DNA of 64,000 nucleotides from assembly GCA_039096225.1 (NCBI GenBank), contig JBBPEB010000021.1:682001-746000 (forward strand), written 5' to 3'. This document shows, one piece after another, positions 61,732 to 64,000 of the stretch. The position numbers and the translations under genes are program-made. Source of the DNA: Blastocystis sp. Blastoise. Taxonomy: Eukaryota > Protista > Bigyra: Opalinata. Each line of letters starts with the position of its first letter. The stretch's first letter is position 1. The notes under the pieces were generated by a model. That model made no database searches. It saw only the letters and a program-made list of their open reading frames with translations, and was not told where the DNA came from.

Positions 61732-62578
61732 TTATTCAGAATGTTCTGTTACTATAAATAAATCACTCGCTTTCTTATTCTTCTTACATAGATGACGTTT
61801 ACTTATATAGAGTATACTACTAATAATTATAATAATTAAAGTATAAAAAAAGATAGTCATGATAATGAGAAGATTTCCCACGGGGATATCAATCCAATGA
61901 GGATAAGGAACATGTGCTCCGTTACAGATATCTTGATATCCAATCATATTAACAAATGATGATTTGTGTTCTCTCTCTCCATCACTGTTTGTAATCCAAC
62001 TCTCTATATGAATTGAATAACCGCGGTTATTTGTAGAATTATGTTGATCATTTATTATGATATCAATTGTTCTTCCTCCATTTTTTTGTCCTAAACTAGG
62101 ACCATAACAACCTATTCCTGTTTTACGACCATAAGCTAATAATATACCTATATATTAATAATAATAATATTAATAATCGTTATCATCTACTTATTACTCT
62201 ATATATATGTTTATATACCATTATAATTTATTTGATAACAATTATTATGATCATGTCCTACAAATACTCCTTTTATATCTCCTCTATATATAATATATAA
62301 TATATAATATATAATATATAATATATAATATATAATATATAATATATAATATATAATATATAATATATAATATATAATATATAATATATAATATATAATA
62401 TATAATATATAATATATAATATATAATATATAATATATAATATATAATATATAATATATAATATATAATATATAATATACCTTGATAGAAATGTAGATAT
62501 AAGACCATTGTTAAGAGGACTGCAAGAAACTCTCTCATACTGAGTACCAACTGTTGACCAATGCTATATAGTATACTC

Positions 62579-62612
<34 letters not shown>

Positions 62613-63001
62613 CTTGAGGAGCAGTCATAAATTCTTGTGTAGGAATATGGAAAAAAGCCACTCCTTGAATTAGATGCCCTTGTTCTTCTTCAATTCGTTT
62701 ACTTTCTTTCTTATACCATTCGACTAATAGAAACATATATATATAGAAGAATAATTTACAATATTACTTATATATTAAATATATAGAGGATAAAGAAAAT
62801 ATTTGTATTGCAATATATATACTATAAAATAATATCTATATACTTGTACTGTGTTCCACACATCCATATCCTTCGAATCCTTGGCATGTGGAAGACATCG
62901 AATCAAAAAACCATATAATAAATACTATTTCTTTTGTGTTATTATATGCATATATAGGAATATAATACTAAAGAATTTATTTTTATTTATTAATAGATTA
63001 T

Positions 63002-63072
<71 letters not shown>

Positions 63073-63590
63073 TAGATGAACCAGTGATTTCAGAAGGTCC
63101 TAGTTGACTGAGTGAATAATAATGTGTTTTATCTAATATCATTATTTCTTCTCTAGATAAATCAGCTTCACTATCATGATTTCCTAAAGAACAACCATAA
63201 TATATCTGTGTCTCTGTACAAATAGAAGTGAAACGTTTCCAATATTTCTTATACCATCCTGGTGTATGGTCATATGAATAACCTTTATATGAATAATTTA
63301 GTAATTTACACATGTATTCCTTAAATACCAGCAACCATATCTCCTGTAAAAGCAATGAAATCAGGTCTTTCCACTTTAAGAACTGTTCTCATCACTTGAG
63401 TAGTCTCATCATCATAATTTCCATCTCCATAATGTAAATCAGTAAACTATGATTTATAGAAATAAAACAATATCATGAGAAATACTTGTTCAATTTTGAA
63501 ATGTCCATTTTCATTGACATGTAATTGATGACCTAAAGCATTCACAATAAGAACGCAAACGTAAATTGTCATGTAACAGATAGACATCAT
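61732..63590 (-). CDS. Calcineurin-like metallophosphoesterase (PAP14/DCR2 type) with a signal peptide and C-terminal TM helix
   Basis: FKIEQ|FTDLHYG, PDLIAFTGDMV, LGNHDSE, AFFHIP, FVGHDHNN and LAYGRKTG; hydrophobic tail LLIIMTIFFYTLIIIIISSILYI. Confidence 0.9.
62285..62477. repeat. Intronic 7-bp minisatellite (TATAATA)n
   Basis: Direct periodic repeat. Confidence 0.88.
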
Positions 63591-63729
63591 AATAATATAT
63601 TTATAAAAAATGCTTCTTTGCTTTGAGTATAAAAATGTAAAAAAAAATGATTTCGAAAGAGAATTCTTCATTTATTCAATAATTGTGTTTTCTTAAACAA
63701 TTGTTTATATATAATATATATATACAAAT

Positions 63730-64000
63730 CTAATGCAATTGAAAGTGATTGAATACTATAAAAACTGAAATCACAAACACGAATAATGATATTTTTAACT
63801 CAATTACAATTCATTTTAATTTCGACTTATTTCTTTTTGATTTATAAATATATCTATACCTTCTTCATATAAAGACTTTCCATGTTTATATATAGAACCT
63901 CCTCCAAGACATACCTAAAAACAAGTTATAATGAATATAATATAGTCATTACAAAAAACTTAATAATAAATATGTATGTATATATCTATACATCTCCATA
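63730..64000 (-). CDS. mnmA: 3' end of tRNA-specific 2-thiouridylase MnmA/TRMU (partial)
   Basis: Small exons splice to ...YGD|VCLGGGSIYKHGKSLYEE|VFNHFQLH-TAG. xGDxCLGGGxI is the MnmA C-terminal signature. Confidence 0.65.

Noticed and set aside
63877-63884. TTTCCATG as another promoter-motif copy
   Set aside because: It lies within the MnmA coding exon (KHGK).

Overview
This is very AT-rich eukaryotic nuclear DNA, gene-dense and intron-rich, so the six-frame ORF track mostly shows exon fragments and microsatellite artefacts. Manual splicing gives about 20 protein-coding genes. These include agmatine deiminase (partial), AP-4 epsilon, a scramblase-like protein, a GH38 alpha-mannosidase, an acidic NLS-bearing protein, a CudA-like transcription factor, a FOP/LisH protein, a UBA-UAS protein, a truncated COG5, a myristoylated C2+DUF1765 protein, LipB, a Zn/RING-like protein, a four-domain GILT polyprotein, two MFS transporters, SART3/Prp24, a mitochondrial GatC-like protein, seryl-tRNA synthetase, a PAP/DCR2-type metallophosphoesterase and the 3' end of MnmA/TRMU. 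There is also one tRNA-Gly(GCC), a 140-bp TIR-bounded MITE-like element, and a decayed region at about 38-43.6 kb holding a disabled gene and a spliced Gly-X-Y-like remnant. Gene content suggests a stramenopile protist, possibly Blastocystis-like; this is inference only. The most unusual signals are: intron ends built from self-complementary (AT)n, including a pure GT(AT)24AG intron, weak GC donors and two junctions with no usable AG; the 4x GILT protein; an AP-4 epsilon whose ear is replaced by DPF/FGGF motif repeats; a start codon split by an intron; and a LipB that looks cyanobacterial/plastid-type. All exon boundaries and family calls were made by eye from remembered motifs, with no database search.
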